64,000 nt of DNA from an uncultured cyanobacterium (GTDB taxonomy: Bacteria; Cyanobacteriota; Cyanobacteriia; Pseudanabaenales; Pseudanabaenaceae): the NCBI GenBank assembly GCA_963703315.1, contig OY969811.1, positions 3,168,001-3,232,000 on the forward strand. The letters are read 5' to 3'. Below are positions 10,364-21,412 of this stretch, in pieces (the first letter of the stretch is position 1; every line of letters starts with the position of its first letter). The position numbers and the translations under genes are program-made. Below the pieces are notes generated by a model, which made no database searches, was not told the DNA's origin, and saw only the letters and a program-made list of their open reading frames with translations.

Positions 10364-13309
10364 ATGCCAACAAATACATTAAGCGATCGCGAGTGGCAAG
10401 TACGCTTACTATTTCTCGATGAAGTCAAAGACTTTTTAGCAGATATTGAGACAGAAACAATTGGGTTGAGCGATCGCGGTTTACAGCGATCAATAGTCGA
10501 TAAAGTATTACGGGCAGCCCATTCGATGAAGGGTGGTGCGGCGATGATGGGCTTTCTGGTTCTCAGTGAACTCGCCCATCGCTTAGAAGACTTTTTTAAG
10601 ATTTTGCAAGCGAAGAAACGAACCGAAATCTCGCCTGCAATGGAAAGTCTGCTTCTTGCGGCGATCGATGGTATGGGTAAGGTTGCCAATATTCATAAGC
10701 AGCGCAAAACTCCTGACCATAGATGGTTGCAGGAGTATATCAACCCACCCTTTGACCACCTGCACGACATTTTAGGAGATTTATCGGCGCAAGATGAAGC
10801 CAGTCTGCTGTCTGAGGAAGCAGGGCAGGATATGCGGATACTCATGTTCTCAACAGAGGTAGATGCGTGCTTAGAACGTTTAAGTAATGTGCTTGCTGAT
10901 GCCAATTCCCAAGTATTACGTGAAGAGTTTGAACTCACCAGTCAAGAATTTGGATGCTTGGGGGAAATGTTGGAATTACCAGCATTTAGCAGTCTTTGTG
11001 CAGAAATTACTGAGGCTTTAGCAGATAGGGAGAAGAATTTACGGGAAGTGACAACTGCGGCTTTAGAAGCTTGGCGGCGATCGCAAGCTCTCGTTTTAGT
11101 CAGTCAATTTCAGGCTTTACCAGAACATTTTGAAATATCCAATTCAACATTAAAGCCATTAGAAACAGTTGCAGTTGCTCCAAGTACTTCTACAGAAGAA
11201 CTAGCAGAGACATTTTTTAATACTAACTTTGTCTATGAAGATTCTACACTTACCATTGATCAATCTTCCATAGATATGATCGAGGATCTACAAGATAGTG
11301 TAACGATTCCTCCAAATTCGTTAGAAACTGTAGATAAGGTGGAGAACAATCTAAATGCGACCATTCGGATACCTTTACGTCAGCTAGAATCTCTAAGCGA
11401 TCGCTTCGGCGAGTTGAATGCAGAACGTAGTGGCTTGCGCCTACAGTTAAAAAGAATGCGGGATCTTGTCCAGCTTCTCCATACGAGAATGCATGGTTTA
11501 GAGCAATCTAATTCTCAATTACGAGAAGCTTATGATCAGGTAGTAACATCATCGGAACCGTTTATTCCCATTAATACTGTAGTTGCTTCTGAAAATCCAT
11601 CAGAGATGCTTAAAGGCGATCTCAAGGGTGATCGCTATGCCAATCCAAATAGTGGTGCATTTCTACCATATACGAGTCGATTTGACTTATTAGAAATGGA
11701 TTCCTATAGCGAACTGCATATCCTATCACGGGAAATTATGGATAGCGTGGTGCAGTTACAGGAGGTTTCTAGTGATTTAGAAACAGCTTTAACCGATACT
11801 GAAAGTACGGAAAGGGAACTGGGACGAGCATCACGGCAAATGCAGATTGCGATCGAGCAAGCCAGAATGCGAATGCTCAGTGAGACCTTAGGGAAATTTC
11901 CGCGTCTACTAAGGGATCTATCTCTGGCGCATGGCAAACAGGTGGAACTGGTATTACGTGGTAGCTCGACTTTGGTGGAGCGATCGGTTTTAGAATTTTT
12001 AGAAGATCCACTGCTACACCTGATTCGTAACGCTTTTGATCATGGGATCGAAACCCCTGAAGCTCGTGTTGCTGCGGGTAAACCACCCAAAGGAAAAATC
12101 GAAATTGCCGCAGGTTATCGAGGTAACCAAACTGTAATTACGGTCAGTGATGATGGTAATGGCATTGATTTTGCGAAGCTGCGCGATCGCGCTTTGCAGA
12201 TGGGTTTAGAGGAGAGCGATCTGGACAATTCCACTGAAGCAGAATTACTAGAATTAATTTTTGAGGCGGGCTTTAGTACGTCTGAGCGTGTGACCGAACT
12301 CTCAGGACGTGGCGTAGGCATGGATGTAGTACGGTCAAACCTGAATTTCATTGGCGGTAATATTCGCATTGAAACCGAAGCAGGTCAAGGGACAACTTTT
12401 ATTTTGACCGTACCTGTCTCTCTCTCGATCGCCCGTGTGCTTTTGTTTGAGAGCAATAACTTGCAGATGGCGATTTTGACTAGTGCTGTTGAAGAAATTT
12501 TGCTGGTTGAAGATATTACGATCTACACAGTTGCTAATCAAGAAGTCATCGATTGGGAAGGATATTCTGTGCCTCTATTAAAGCTCAGCGATCGCCTCCA
12601 CTTTGCGCGTCCTCAAATCCAAATTGAAACTGAAAACCGCCCCATTGTTGACGAACCCTTAGTGCTGATTGTCGCCCATAACAATGTTCCCTTTGGATTA
12701 CAAGTTAGTCGCTATTGGGGAGAACAGGAGGTCACTATTCGCAATGTCCAGAGTCTGATCCCCATGCCAACAGGCTTTATGGGTTGTGCAATTCTGGGTG
12801 GTGGCAAGCTAGTACCACTAGTTGATATTGACAACTTACTCGATTGGGCAATCATTGATGCAGACGCACCACCTAGCAAAACCCTGTCATTACCATCCGA
12901 AAGGAAAGATCGGCGCACGACAATTCTCGTAGTTGATGATTCAATTAATGTGCGGAGATTCCTTGCCATGACCTTAGAAAAGTCGGGGTATCGTGTCGAG
13001 CAAGCCAAGGATGGTCATGAAGCAATGGAGAAATTGCGAAAACTCCAAACTCTGTCAAAAGATTCCAGAGTCAGCGCTGTCATTTGTGACATTGAAATGC
13101 CTAGACTTGATGGATTTGGCTTCTTAGTTCAATCCCGTAGTGATGATCATTGCAAAGACATTCCTGTAGTCATGCTCACCTCCCGTAGCGGCGCAAAACA
13201 TCGAGATTTAGCCATGCGTTTAGGAGCCTCAGCATATTTTGCCAAACCCTTTAAAGATAATGAACTTTTGCAGACCCTATCACAGCTTGTCCTTAATTCA
13301 AGCTCTTGA
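10364..13309 (+). CDS. CheA-like hybrid histidine kinase (Hpt-HATPase-CheW-REC)
   Basis: RAAHSMKGGA, HLIRNAFDHG and SGRGVGMDVV motifs plus a C-terminal REC. Start placed at ATG 10364 after GGAGG. Confidence 0.93.
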   Translation: MPTNTLSDREWQVRLLFLDEVKDFLADIETETIGLSDRGLQRSIVDKVLRAAHSMKGGAAMMGFLVLSELAHRLEDFFKILQAKKRTEISPAMESLLLAAIDGMGKVANIHKQRKTPDHRWLQEYINPPFDHLHDILGDLSAQDEASLLSEEAGQDMRILMFSTEVDACLERLSNVLADANSQVLREEFELTSQEFGCLGEMLELPAFSSLCAEITEALADREKNLREVTTAALEAWRRSQALVLVSQFQALPEHFEISNSTLKPLETVAVAPSTSTEELAETFFNTNFVYEDSTLTIDQSSIDMIEDLQDSVTIPPNSLETVDKVENNLNATIRIPLRQLESLSDRFGELNAERSGLRLQLKRMRDLVQLLHTRMHGLEQSNSQLREAYDQVVTSSEPFIPINTVVASENPSEMLKGDLKGDRYANPNSGAFLPYTSRFDLLEMDSYSELHILSREIMDSVVQLQEVSSDLETALTDTESTERELGRASRQMQIAIEQARMRMLSETLGKFPRLLRDLSLAHGKQVELVLRGSSTLVERSVLEFLEDPLLHLIRNAFDHGIETPEARVAAGKPPKGKIEIAAGYRGNQTVITVSDDGNGIDFAKLRDRALQMGLEESDLDNSTEAELLELIFEAGFSTSERVTELSGRGVGMDVVRSNLNFIGGNIRIETEAGQGTTFILTVPVSLSIARVLLFESNNLQMAILTSAVEEILLVEDITIYTVANQEVIDWEGYSVPLLKLSDRLHFARPQIQIETENRPIVDEPLVLIVAHNNVPFGLQVSRYWGEQEVTIRNVQSLIPMPTGFMGCAILGGGKLVPLVDIDNLLDWAIIDADAPPSKTLSLPSERKDRRTTILVVDDSINVRRFLAMTLEKSGYRVEQAKDGHEAMEKLRKLQTLSKDSRVSAVICDIEMPRLDGFGFLVQSRSDDHCKDIPVVMLTSRSGAKHRDLAMRLGASAYFAKPFKDNELLQTLSQLVLNSSS

Positions 13310-13383
13310 TTGTTACTGTTTGCCTTCTCATTAATGCCGATCGCGTTGCAAGCTCACAAACTTTAAATTTACACTAAATAACT

Positions 13384-13905
13384 ATGGCTGCTATTTCTTC
13401 TTTGCGATCGCAACGACTTCTAGAAAACCGATCTGATATTGCTGGGCAATATGTTGCTTTTCGACTACGCATCGCATGGTTTATTTTACCAATCGCCTCT
13501 ATTTATCGAGTAATTCCCCTTGAGAAACAGGTTCCCAAAGTTACACTTGAAGGTAACAATATTCCACTCCTTGACCTTGGGAAATTGCTATTTAGTCAAA
13601 CCAATGTCCAAAGTAGTAACATTCAACAATTAGTCGTTAATGGTGCTGTGGTTGCTTCCAAGCCCTCCTTAATTATTGTGAGTAATCATAACGATGAGTT
13701 AGTTGGTTTACTCAGCAATTCTCAACCAGCACTCCAACGAGTTTCGCAAGATGAGATTGTCTCCTTGCCGACCACCTATAGCCAGAGATGGAAAGTTGAT
13801 TTTATTACTGCCATGACTCTTCCTATTCAAGACCGTCCTTCGCTTTTTTCCATTGATAGCGATCGCCTTGTAGAAGCAGTTTTGAGAAAGAAACAGTTAA
13901 CATAA
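13384..13905 (+). CDS. CheW-like protein
   Basis: YVAFRL...LPIASIYRVI and IPLLDL; follows cheA as in cyanobacterial tax clusters. Confidence 0.7.
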   Translation: MAAISSLRSQRLLENRSDIAGQYVAFRLRIAWFILPIASIYRVIPLEKQVPKVTLEGNNIPLLDLGKLLFSQTNVQSSNIQQLVVNGAVVASKPSLIIVSNHNDELVGLLSNSQPALQRVSQDEIVSLPTTYSQRWKVDFITAMTLPIQDRPSLFSIDSDRLVEAVLRKKQLT

Positions 13906-13918
13906 GATTGGTTAGTAT

Positions 13919-13967
13919 AGAGAAATTTTTGAAAGCGCGGCTTCGCCGCGCTTTCAAAAATTTCTCT
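13919..13967. repeat. Palindromic repeat / hairpin (TTTGAAAGCG family)
   Basis: Perfect stem with a GC-TTC-GC loop; relatives at 15305-15355 and 54949-54989. Confidence 0.75.
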
Positions 13968-14011
13968 GGGTTTCAATTCAGCGCAAAGTGCTGTAGGACT
14001 TATGTAAATAC

Positions 14012-15256
14012 ATGAAAATATTGTTAGTAGAAGAAGATGAAGAATTAATTTCTATCCTCACTAAAAGTCTCGCGGAACATCACTATATTGTGGATGTCGT
14101 CAAAGATGGGGAAATGGGTTGGAGCTATGGCTCAACCTTTGAGTATGACTTGGTTATATTAGATATCTTACTGTCAAAATTAGATGGCATTAGTCTCTGC
14201 GATCGCTTTCGTACAGAGGGATATGAAATGCCCATCATCTTACTCACTAACGAAACTAAAAGCAATCTAAAAATCACTGGACTAGACGTAGGAGCCGATG
14301 ATTGTATAGTCAAGCCTATAGATGTCCCAGAATTAATTGCCCGAATTCGCGCTTTATTAAGAAGAAGTAATGCTAGTTCTTTTCCCTTGTTAGTTTGGGG
14401 AGATTTATTACTCAATCCTAGTACCTGTGAAGTTTTCTACAATCGCCAACTCTTAACCCTGACCAATAAAGAATATGAAATATTAGAACTTTTGCTACGG
14501 GATAGCCAACATTTACTTAGTGCTGATGAGCTTCTCGAACGCCTCTGGTCTTCCGATGATTATCCCTCAGAGGCAACCTTGCGATCGCATATTCGCCGAT
14601 TGCGCCATAAATTAGCAGCAGCAGGCGCTCCTTCAGATTTTATTGCGACTGTGCATGGACGTGGTTACTATCTCAAAGCTCCAGACTTTGTAAAACCACT
14701 GTCAGATAAGTTTGTAGATTCTTATTTAATTAGTCCATCAAGCGCTACTTCCCAGTTCCATCAACGACAGTCACCATCTCAAAGCGTTACTCTTATTGAA
14801 AATAATGCAGTTGAAGCGCTCGCTTCCATATCATCCTCATTTATGATTAATCAGTTTCAAATGGGTGTAAAGGTGATGGTTGTTGATGATGACACTGAGC
14901 ATCTGCGATCGCTACCTGATCTGCTTGCACCTTGGGAATTCAAAGTCACCACCCTTGACAATTCACAGGAGTTTTGGACAGTTTTAGAATCGGTCTTACC
15001 TGATGTATTGTTATTAGAAGTGAATATACCGCGCATTAATGGATTAGAGCTTTGTCAGAAACTCAGAAATAATCCCAAATGGCAAGGTTTACCAGTTTTA
15101 TTTTTGAGTACCATAACTGATGTCAGTACTCAGCATCTAGCTTTTAGTGTTGGTGCTGATGACTATTTATGTAAACCCATTGAGGCGATCGATCTCGCAA
15201 ACCGTATTCACAATCGACTCCAACGCATTAGAGCCTACACCAAATCCGATTTATAG
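14012..15256 (+). CDS. Response regulator REC-wHTH(OmpR)-REC
   Basis: N-terminal REC, the OmpR winged helix HIRRLRHKL...IATVHGRGY, and a second REC at the C-terminus. Confidence 0.85.
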   Translation: MKILLVEEDEELISILTKSLAEHHYIVDVVKDGEMGWSYGSTFEYDLVILDILLSKLDGISLCDRFRTEGYEMPIILLTNETKSNLKITGLDVGADDCIVKPIDVPELIARIRALLRRSNASSFPLLVWGDLLLNPSTCEVFYNRQLLTLTNKEYEILELLLRDSQHLLSADELLERLWSSDDYPSEATLRSHIRRLRHKLAAAGAPSDFIATVHGRGYYLKAPDFVKPLSDKFVDSYLISPSSATSQFHQRQSPSQSVTLIENNAVEALASISSSFMINQFQMGVKVMVVDDDTEHLRSLPDLLAPWEFKVTTLDNSQEFWTVLESVLPDVLLLEVNIPRINGLELCQKLRNNPKWQGLPVLFLSTITDVSTQHLAFSVGADDYLCKPIEAIDLANRIHNRLQRIRAYTKSDL

Positions 15257-15304
15257 CTGTTGCCATTTGTATGACAGTGCATTACAGCGCTTTGTGACCC
15301 AAAA

Positions 15305-15355
15305 CAAGAAAAAGTTTAAAAGCGTTGCTTTGCAACGCTTTTAAACTTTTTCTTG
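15305..15355. terminator. Hairpin between convergent genes (probable bidirectional terminator / repeat)
   Basis: CAAGAAAAAGTTTAAAAGCGTTGC-TTT-GCAACGCTTTTAAACTTTTTCTTG. Confidence 0.7.
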
Positions 15356-15364
15356 GAGTTCGTT

Positions 15365-17440
15365 TTACCAGATTTTCCAGTCACTCCAATTGAGATTAAA
15401 AATAGAAGTGTCAGGAAAGGCGATCGCATTACGATTTTGGACTAGAGTTTGCTGTAATTTGCTGAGCAGAGGATTAACTCTCGGTAAGCTTTCAACTAAT
15501 TTATAAGGCAGAATCCCTTCTGACAATGCAAATGATGCCGTTGTACCTGCGGCGGCTCCCACTGACCACTCGTAGGAATGGACGCGATAACCTGCGGCAA
15601 CGATGTAACTGTAGGCAATATTTTTACCAGATACGATCAGATTGTCAACTTTTTGAGGAATTAGCGATCGCAACGGTATTTGTCCTGGAAATGCGGCTCC
15701 GTGACCATTGCGAACTCCTGCCCGTTCGGTATTGCCAGCTTTTTCGACAGGATATTCACTGAGGCAGGGATGAAAATCTAGATAATATTGAGCAATGCCG
15801 ATCGCATCGGGGTAAATTGTGGAACGAGTGCGGCGAGAAATTTTTTGAGGCTCAGTATTATTCCGAATTGCACTGGCGGAATCTATACCTGCTAAAGCTT
15901 TCCAGAGATTGCGATAGGTTTCGTCAGAGAGACTTTGGCGATAGGTGTCGGCACTGAAATCTACTTGTGACACATCAATTTCCGACATACTAAAACCTTC
16001 AGGATAGCCATAGGAAGGACGACCGATAATCCTGCGTGATTCGCGAATATAGGGATATTTGGATAGTCCATGCAAAGTTCCCATTGGTGAATCTAAGCCA
16101 GTCAGCAAACGGTGATTAGGGAAAGGCTTTTTCCAATCAGTTTTTTGCTGTGAGTCGGTCGTTCCTGCAACCAGCCAGTAGTAAAAACCAAGAGCAATTT
16201 CTTCACCACTTTTGAGAGTTTCTGTTCGTAATCCTCCCATCCATCCATTTGACTCCAATTGCCCTGATCGCAATAATTGCTCTCTAGAGTAAATGAGATT
16301 ATCTTTATCAGTTCCTGGACGATAATCATTACCCCAAACCCAGTTCTGCATGGAAATATCACCAGCTTTCATGGATGAAACACCAAAAGCATTCTTTTTA
16401 GGCTTCTCAGTTTCAGCACTCCAAATACGGCGATAGGTGAAGATATTGTCAAAGTTAGCGAGATTGGGCTTAGGGTCAGAGCCGTAATAGGGTAAATAGC
16501 GATCGTAAAAATTGGGCTTTTGTTGTGGTTGTGCCTCAGCCGTCTGCTCCATCGCAAAGGTATAAGTAAATCCTTGAGTGCAGTACGCATCATTCTCAGT
16601 AACGGGTGATGATGGATTAAGATGCGATCGCGGATCAATTCCTAAACGATAGGGAACATCAGCAAGAGCAATGATTTCGCCTGTTTCCGTAGAGTCAATC
16701 ACAAACCAATCACTAGAACGCTTTTGTTTTTGAGAATTAGCTAAGGGAACAAAGCGAATAATTTGTTTTTGCAATCGCGATGAGTTTTCGTAGCGATAGG
16801 CATCATCAATAATTTGTGAAAGTGGCTCAGTATTTAGCGGTGGCGTATTGGATGCGGGACTATGCTGAATCGCGATCGCGCCATCAATCAGTTTGCCATC
16901 AACACTCATTTCTAATTTCTTGATGACCGTATTCGGGAACCATTTCAACTTACCATTACCTTTACGTTCAGCTTCCTGCAACATTTCCGTAAGTATTTGC
17001 TGTGCAGTATTGGGAATAAAACAAGAAACACTTACCCAACAGTCTCCCGCATTCAATTTTCCATACTTCTGTTCAATGCGCTTGCGAAACTCCACATATC
17101 CTTGAGGAAAGAACCAGAGACTGCGTTGTTTTTTTGCTTCATCTAAAGCGGAAGTACCTTGAGAAGTAAGTTGTCCACCCACCCAATCGGTAATCTCAGT
17201 CATGCAAACAGTTCGACCTGCGAGTAATCCTTCATAAGCTGCGGCTGTCCCTGCGACACCACCACCCACGATCAAGATTTCACATTCTTCGCGGCGATCG
17301 AGAGTTTTAGGAATAGAGGTTTGGGCGATCGCATTATTAGTGGTTGTGAATAACGCGACAGTAGAGGCGATCGCATAGATAGCAATACGAATCTGAGAAG
17401 TAAGCTGTTTCAATGACTTTGACATTAGTATAAATTGCAA
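15365..17440 (-). CDS. Secreted FAD-dependent oxidoreductase
   Basis: Signal-peptide-like N-terminus, ILIVGGGVAGTAAA Rossmann motif, GGQLTSQG, YIRESRRI. Confidence 0.82.
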   Translation of the reverse strand: MQFILMSKSLKQLTSQIRIAIYAIASTVALFTTTNNAIAQTSIPKTLDRREECEILIVGGGVAGTAAAYEGLLAGRTVCMTEITDWVGGQLTSQGTSALDEAKKQRSLWFFPQGYVEFRKRIEQKYGKLNAGDCWVSVSCFIPNTAQQILTEMLQEAERKGNGKLKWFPNTVIKKLEMSVDGKLIDGAIAIQHSPASNTPPLNTEPLSQIIDDAYRYENSSRLQKQIIRFVPLANSQKQKRSSDWFVIDSTETGEIIALADVPYRLGIDPRSHLNPSSPVTENDAYCTQGFTYTFAMEQTAEAQPQQKPNFYDRYLPYYGSDPKPNLANFDNIFTYRRIWSAETEKPKKNAFGVSSMKAGDISMQNWVWGNDYRPGTDKDNLIYSREQLLRSGQLESNGWMGGLRTETLKSGEEIALGFYYWLVAGTTDSQQKTDWKKPFPNHRLLTGLDSPMGTLHGLSKYPYIRESRRIIGRPSYGYPEGFSMSEIDVSQVDFSADTYRQSLSDETYRNLWKALAGIDSASAIRNNTEPQKISRRTRSTIYPDAIGIAQYYLDFHPCLSEYPVEKAGNTERAGVRNGHGAAFPGQIPLRSLIPQKVDNLIVSGKNIAYSYIVAAGYRVHSYEWSVGAAAGTTASFALSEGILPYKLVESLPRVNPLLSKLQQTLVQNRNAIAFPDTSIFNLNWSDWKIW

Positions 17441-17596
17441 GTAGCTGCTTAGTTCTGAATTTTCTAAGCATAATGGCGTTCATTATACTTATTGCAAATC
17501 TTTATAAGAACAAGTTTAATAAAACATATCGATATTTGTGATTTCTAATACAGACTTTTGTACGGAATTTAAGCTCAATTTTTTGCTCAACTTGTT

Positions 17597-17610
17597 GTAA
17601 ATCAATATAC
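17597..17610. promoter_or_regulatory. Possible NtcA-type site GTA-N8-TAC
   Basis: tGTAAATCAATATACt in a divergent intergenic region; it abuts a repeat, so the match may be chance. Confidence 0.25.
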
Positions 17611-17686
17611 TTAGGGACGTGCATTAAAACAAAGAACCGACTTTTGTGGCACGGCAAAGCCGCGCCACAAAAGTCGGTTCTTTATT
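17609..17686. repeat. Palindromic repeat (ACTTAGGGAC...AAGAACCGA family)
   Basis: Hairpin with a GC-AAA-GC loop; a degenerate copy lies at 55855-55933. Confidence 0.65.
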
Positions 17687-17773
17687 AAATCGTCAAACTA
17701 TTAGTAAAAATTTAGTGCTTTTTCTAGCAAAAAACTTCTTTGATCAAAGCCCGACTTTTAAAGCGAAAACTTT

Positions 17774-19486
17774 ATGCTTCACCCCTTACCTACTGGATAT
17801 AACTTACACCTAGTTGTACTCTCAGTGCTGATTGCGATATTGGCATCTTATACTGCGCTAGATCTAGCTGGGCGAGTTAACGCTGCCCAAGGTCGCGCCC
17901 AAATTGGTTGGCTTGTGAGTGGCGCAACGATTATGGGGATTGGCATTTGGTCGATGCACTTTATTGGGATGCTTGCCTTTCGCTTACCTATTTCCGTAAA
18001 CTACAACTTCTGGATCGTTCTGGTTTCCATTGCCCCTGCGATCATTGCATCAGGGCTAGCGCTCTTCTTAGTTAGTCGTCCAACCTTAGATTGGCGATCG
18101 CTTTTAGGAGGTAGCCTTTTTATGGGGGGCGGTATTGTCTCTATGCACTACCTTGGTATGGCGGCGATGCATCTTCCTGCGGTGGTTACTTATGATCTGC
18201 GAGTTGTTGCCTTTTCAGTTTTAATTGCGATCGCCATCTCATTTGTAGCTCTGTTACTGGTCTTTCGGCTAAGAGATGATGACGCACTCCAACAAACGCG
18301 CAAAAAGATTCTCAGTGCCATCATTATGGGCTTAGCAATTCCCACGATGCACTATACGGGATTAGCCGCAGCTTCGTTTATGCCGATGCCAAATACAGAA
18401 CTATTGAGCTTAACAACTCCCGAAAATTCTGAATTACTAGCTGCCACAGTGAGTATCGGAACTCTAATTGTTTTAGGAGTCGCATTACTAACAGCCTTTT
18501 TTGATCGCCGCTTAGCTGCATCACAAGAAAGTGAGCGCCAAACTCAAGCTCAGGCTGAACAGTTACGGGAATCAGAAGCTCAACTTAGACAACAAACAGC
18601 AGAATTGCAAAAGACGATGCAGGCTCTGAGCCGCACTCAAACCCAACTGGTACAGAGTGAAAAAATGTCTATTTTGGGACAATTAGTAGCGGGAATAGCC
18701 CATGAAATCAACAACCCCGTCAACTTCATTCACGGTAATCTTCCCCATATCCAAAACTATTCTCAAGACTTACTGAAGTTGATCAAACTATACCAACAGC
18801 ATTATCCTAATGCGATCGCTGATATCCAAGACTTAGCCGATGAGATCGATCTAGATTTTGTGCAGGAAGATCTCATGAAAACTATTAACTCAATGAAAGT
18901 GGGTACAGAGCGAATTCGCCAAATCGTCCTATCGCTAAGGAACTTCTCTAGAATCGATGAAGCGGAATGCAAAGCAGTCGATATTCATGAAGGTATTGAC
19001 AACACAATTATGATTTTAGAACATCGACTGAAAGCAAATCACGAACGTTCAGCTATTCATGTAGTCCGCAAATATGATAGTGGGCTACCTCTAATTAATT
19101 GCTATCCTGGAGAGCTTAATCAGGTATTCATGAACATTCTATCTAATGCCATTGATGCTTTAGAAGAATCTAACCTCCAAAAGTCATCTCATGGAAATAG
19201 CGATCGCCACAGTCAGATTACAGTCCGCACTTTATTTATAGACTCTCAATGGATCCAAATTGAGATTGCCGATAATGGTTCTGGTATTCCTGAAGAAATC
19301 CAACCAAGAATTTTCGATCCATTTTTTACAACTAAACCCGCAGGTAAGGGAACTGGTATGGGAATGTCCATCAGCTCCCAAATCGTTACCGAAAAACATC
19401 ATGGAAAATTAACCTGTTTCTCAAAGCTGGGTGAGGGTTCAGAATTTGTAATTAAAATTCCTATTCATTGCAATCTGCCAGAATAG
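17774..19486 (+). CDS. MHYT-domain sensor histidine kinase
   Basis: SMHFIGM, SMHYLGM and TMHYTG repeats; AHEINNP H-box; G-box GKGTGMGM. Confidence 0.92.
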   Translation: MLHPLPTGYNLHLVVLSVLIAILASYTALDLAGRVNAAQGRAQIGWLVSGATIMGIGIWSMHFIGMLAFRLPISVNYNFWIVLVSIAPAIIASGLALFLVSRPTLDWRSLLGGSLFMGGGIVSMHYLGMAAMHLPAVVTYDLRVVAFSVLIAIAISFVALLLVFRLRDDDALQQTRKKILSAIIMGLAIPTMHYTGLAAASFMPMPNTELLSLTTPENSELLAATVSIGTLIVLGVALLTAFFDRRLAASQESERQTQAQAEQLRESEAQLRQQTAELQKTMQALSRTQTQLVQSEKMSILGQLVAGIAHEINNPVNFIHGNLPHIQNYSQDLLKLIKLYQQHYPNAIADIQDLADEIDLDFVQEDLMKTINSMKVGTERIRQIVLSLRNFSRIDEAECKAVDIHEGIDNTIMILEHRLKANHERSAIHVVRKYDSGLPLINCYPGELNQVFMNILSNAIDALEESNLQKSSHGNSDRHSQITVRTLFIDSQWIQIEIADNGSGIPEEIQPRIFDPFFTTKPAGKGTGMGMSISSQIVTEKHHGKLTCFSKLGEGSEFVIKIPIHCNLPE

Positions 19487-19549
19487 TTACAAATTGACAT
19501 TGCTATTCCATCCTACCCTGCTAGCAATCTTTTAATTTCTTTGTAAAAG

Positions 19550-19579
19550 CATAAACGAAGCTTAACCGTACATTAAATT
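19550..19579 (+). promoter_or_regulatory. Candidate Pho box (SphR/PhoB site)
   Basis: CATAAACG / CTTAACCG / ATTAAATT at an 11-bp period, upstream of porin and phoX; resembles the cyanobacterial YTTAAYY repeat. Confidence 0.55.
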
Positions 19580-19630
19580 ATAGAAGCAATTTGAAAAGTA
19601 TGATGACTTTTAGTGTGAGAAAAAGGCATC

Positions 19631-21331
19631 ATGTTGTACATCAAAAAGTCCACCATACAACCCGTTGCGGTTGCATCAATTCTATTAGCTTCGCTCAATG
19701 TTGGAAGTGCTAATGCAAATGAACTAAGAATAAGTTCTACTTCCCCGAATACTAGCAATATATCGAACACCTTACAAAAAATTGATAACGATATCCTAGT
19801 TGCGCCTTCAGCACTAGAATCTGAGCAGATTTCTCAAAATGTGACTGCGGTATCACAACTTTCCGATGTGCGCCCAACTGATTGGGCTTTTACCGCATTA
19901 CAGTCTCTAGTAGAGAGATATGGTTGTATTGCTGGCTATCCCGATCGCACCTATCGCGGCAAAAATGCCCTATCCCGTTACGAGTTTGCGGCGGGTTTAA
20001 ATGCTTGCCTTGACAAGATTAACGAAATTATTTCTGCTGGTTTAGCTGATAAAGTCAGCAAAGAAGACCTTGCCGCGCTGCAAAAGCTTCAAGAGGAATT
20101 TGCCGCCGAACTCGCAACATTAAGAGGTCGAGTTGATGCTCTAGATGCGAAAGTTGCCAAACTCGAAGCTCAGCAATTTTCTACTACCACCAAGTTGAGT
20201 GCAACCGTAATCTTTGCTCTGGCGGATACCTTTGGGGGCGTAGGCACAGGAACTGCTCTCCAAAATCCTCAAAAAACCGCCAATTCTACAAACGCCAATT
20301 TTTCCTATCGCGCTAGATTGAACTTTGACACTAGCTTTACAGGAAAAGATTTACTTCGTACCCGTCTACAAGCAGGCAACAATCCCCAGTTAGGCAGTGC
20401 GGCTGGGACTGACATGGCTCGTTTGGCATTTAGACAAGATACTAGCAATACATTTCAAATCGATAAGTTCTACTATCGATTTCCAATTGGTGAAAGCTTA
20501 ACTGCCTATGTTGGAGCCAATGCCCTCGATACCGATGATATTGCTAACACGCTGAATCCTTATTTTGAAAGCAGCGATAAAGGCGCTTTATCGAGATTTG
20601 GTCGTTTCGATCCACTATTGTTTCGCGCACCTTCTGGCGCTGGCTTAGGCTTGATTTATAAGATTAATCCTCAGTTTACCGTTGCTGCAAGTTACCTCGC
20701 AAATTCTGGTGATGCTCCTAATGCTGCATCTGCAACTGGTCAAGGTGGTTTGTTTAATGGCGCTTATAGTGCAAATGTGCAGCTAGTTTTTGCGCCAACA
20801 TCTGACTTGAAATTTGGCTTGGCTTATGCACGTACCTTTGAACCAGGTTCGCTCTTAAATTTGAGTGGCAGCACAGGTAGTAACTTTGGTAACAAGCCAT
20901 TTGCTACTGCCGCCAATGTGGGCTTTGATACTTCTGCCGATCGCTATGGCGCACAATTCAGTTGGAGAGCTTCTAAAGGCTTTAACTTAGGCGGCTGGAT
21001 TGGTTTTGCTAATGCCCGTCAACAATCAGGCGTAGGCGCAGGCAACACTGCCAATTTATTCAACTGGAGCGTCAACCTTGCATTCCCAGATTTGTTTGCT
21101 GAGGGCAATACTGGTGGGATTATTTTTGGACAGCCTCCAAAGGTAACTTCTAACACCAATGCTTTAAGAATTGACCCCGACACTTCCTATCTTTTAGAAC
21201 TGCAATACAACTTCCGCCTTAGCAAAAATGTCTCGGTTACCCCTGGAGTTTTCGCTGTCTTCAATCCTAATCACAATAACTTGAATCCCACAACTTGGGT
21301 TGCCACGATTAGAACTCTATTTACCTTCTAA
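19631..21331 (+). CDS. SLH-domain outer-membrane porin (OprB/SomA-B type)
   Basis: SDVRPTDWAF...LVERYGCIAGYPD SLH motif, coiled coil, beta-barrel ending in terminal Phe. Confidence 0.93.
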   Translation: MLYIKKSTIQPVAVASILLASLNVGSANANELRISSTSPNTSNISNTLQKIDNDILVAPSALESEQISQNVTAVSQLSDVRPTDWAFTALQSLVERYGCIAGYPDRTYRGKNALSRYEFAAGLNACLDKINEIISAGLADKVSKEDLAALQKLQEEFAAELATLRGRVDALDAKVAKLEAQQFSTTTKLSATVIFALADTFGGVGTGTALQNPQKTANSTNANFSYRARLNFDTSFTGKDLLRTRLQAGNNPQLGSAAGTDMARLAFRQDTSNTFQIDKFYYRFPIGESLTAYVGANALDTDDIANTLNPYFESSDKGALSRFGRFDPLLFRAPSGAGLGLIYKINPQFTVAASYLANSGDAPNAASATGQGGLFNGAYSANVQLVFAPTSDLKFGLAYARTFEPGSLLNLSGSTGSNFGNKPFATAANVGFDTSADRYGAQFSWRASKGFNLGGWIGFANARQQSGVGAGNTANLFNWSVNLAFPDLFAEGNTGGIIFGQPPKVTSNTNALRIDPDTSYLLELQYNFRLSKNVSVTPGVFAVFNPNHNNLNPTTWVATIRTLFTF

Positions 21332-21412
21332 ATACCAAAGCTAAAAATGGCATAGCCATTTTTAGCTTTGGTTACGAGTTTCTAAAATATTGCAGTTTTT
21401 CCATCAACAATT

